From an uncultured candidatus Porisulfidus sp. (lineage in GTDB: Bacteria; Pseudomonadota; Gammaproteobacteria; Poriferisulfidales; Poriferisulfidaceae): a stretch of 64,000 nucleotides of DNA. The stretch lies in the NCBI GenBank assembly GCA_965221375.1, contig OZ244883.1, positions 892,409 to 956,408 on the forward strand. Direction: 5' to 3'. Under the pieces are notes generated by a model. The model did no database searches. It was not told the DNA's origin and saw nothing but the letters and a program-made list of their open reading frames with translations. Positions 63,342 through 64,000 of this stretch are shown here, piece after piece. The position numbers and the translations under genes were made by a program. Position 1 is the first letter of the stretch, and each line of letters starts with the position of its first letter.

Positions 63342-63650
63342 ATGCGCTTGTTACTTTGGGGCATGGCGGGACTTTTAGCGGCGTTGCTGTATTTGCTGGT
63401 GCTGGGAGAAGGGGGATTGTCCGACCTGCATAAGCAGGCACAGGAACTTCAACGTCTCGAGGATGAAAATGCGCAACTGGCTGAAAGAAACAGAATCCTT
63501 GCTGCAGAACTCGAAGCCCTGCGTTCCGGCACCGAGGGAATCGAAGGCTTGGCGCGAGAGCAGTTGGGCATGATTCGCAAGGACGAGAAGTTTTATCAAT
63601 TCATCGGTCCCGGTGTGAAACCTGAAAAACCGTCCGATGACGCGCCGTGA
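63342..63650 (+). CDS. ftsB: Cell division protein FtsB
   Basis: N-terminal TM, GEGG, coiled coil, EGLAREQLGMIRKDEKFY; eno-ftsB-ispD order. Confidence 0.9.
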   Translation: MRLLLWGMAGLLAALLYLLVLGEGGLSDLHKQAQELQRLEDENAQLAERNRILAAELEALRSGTEGIEGLAREQLGMIRKDEKFYQFIGPGVKPEKPSDDAP

Positions 63651-63707
63651 TGCGCGTGACGTATCAGGATGGCGAGAAGTGAATCAAAAAATAAGCGCAG
63701 TCGTGTT

Positions 63708-64000
63708 ATGAGTCAGGAACGGGAAATATATGCGCTTGTCGCCGGAGGAGGCGCAGGGCAGCGCTTCGGCAGACCCAAGTGGGATGCACCACTGGCCGGG
63801 CGTCGCATACTGGATTACGCGATTCGACCTTTGGCTTCGTGTTATCCGGACATTCGTGGTATTACCCTGTTGCTACCGAAATCGGACGTAGACTTGGCGC
63901 AGCCGCCGCTGCTACCCGAGGGTATGGCGTTTGAAGTACATGAAGGAGGTGCGACACGTGCGGAATCGGTACTACGCGGGCTTGAAGCCTTGCGTGCCAA
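63708..64000 (+). CDS. ispD: 2-C-methyl-D-erythritol 4-phosphate cytidylyltransferase (3'-truncated by window edge)
   Basis: Hand translation MSQEREIYALVAGGGAGQRFGRPK..GGATRAESVLRGL; alternative in-frame ATG at 63669. Confidence 0.85.
   Translation, partial: MSQEREIYALVAGGGAGQRFGRPKWDAPLAGRRILDYAIRPLASCYPDIRGITLLLPKSDVDLAQPPLLPEGMAFEVHEGGATRAESVLRGLEALRA

Overview
64-kb chromosomal segment of a gammaproteobacterium (taxon inferred from gene order and ribosomal protein sequences; lineage not resolvable by eye). The backbone is housekeeping: lolB-ispE-tRNA-Gln-prs, a tightly packed str-S10-spc-alpha ribosomal cluster (rpsL to rplQ), uvrA/MFS/ssb, miaB-phoH-ybeY-corC-lnt and, at the right end, tusA-like, ilvIHC, pssA, rraA, eno-ftsB-ispD. 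Two accessory features interrupt it. (1) Two DNA methyltransferases with no restriction enzyme sit at a prs/rpsL rearrangement junction. (2) A ~23.5-kb island (33.1-56.5 kb) encodes two paralogous secreted PKD/Ig-like proteins, a signal-peptide-bearing 2114-aa SpvB/FG-GAP/RHS (Tc BC-like) toxin container with an uncharacterised C-terminal payload, a lipoprotein immunity candidate, an IS3-like end, a second inverted lnt, a redoxin-cytochrome c-copper monooxygenase fusion and an Xps-type T2SS with a lipoprotein secretin. This island is the best candidate for an undescribed system. The core genes also carry oddities: uL23 with a 59-aa amphipathic-tipped N-terminal extension and a shortened tunnel loop, an Ala/Lys-extended uS10, tandem divergent SSB paralogues, and a 27-aa membrane microprotein below the ORF-track cutoff upstream of pssA. 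All family assignments are from motif recognition; no database searches were run.
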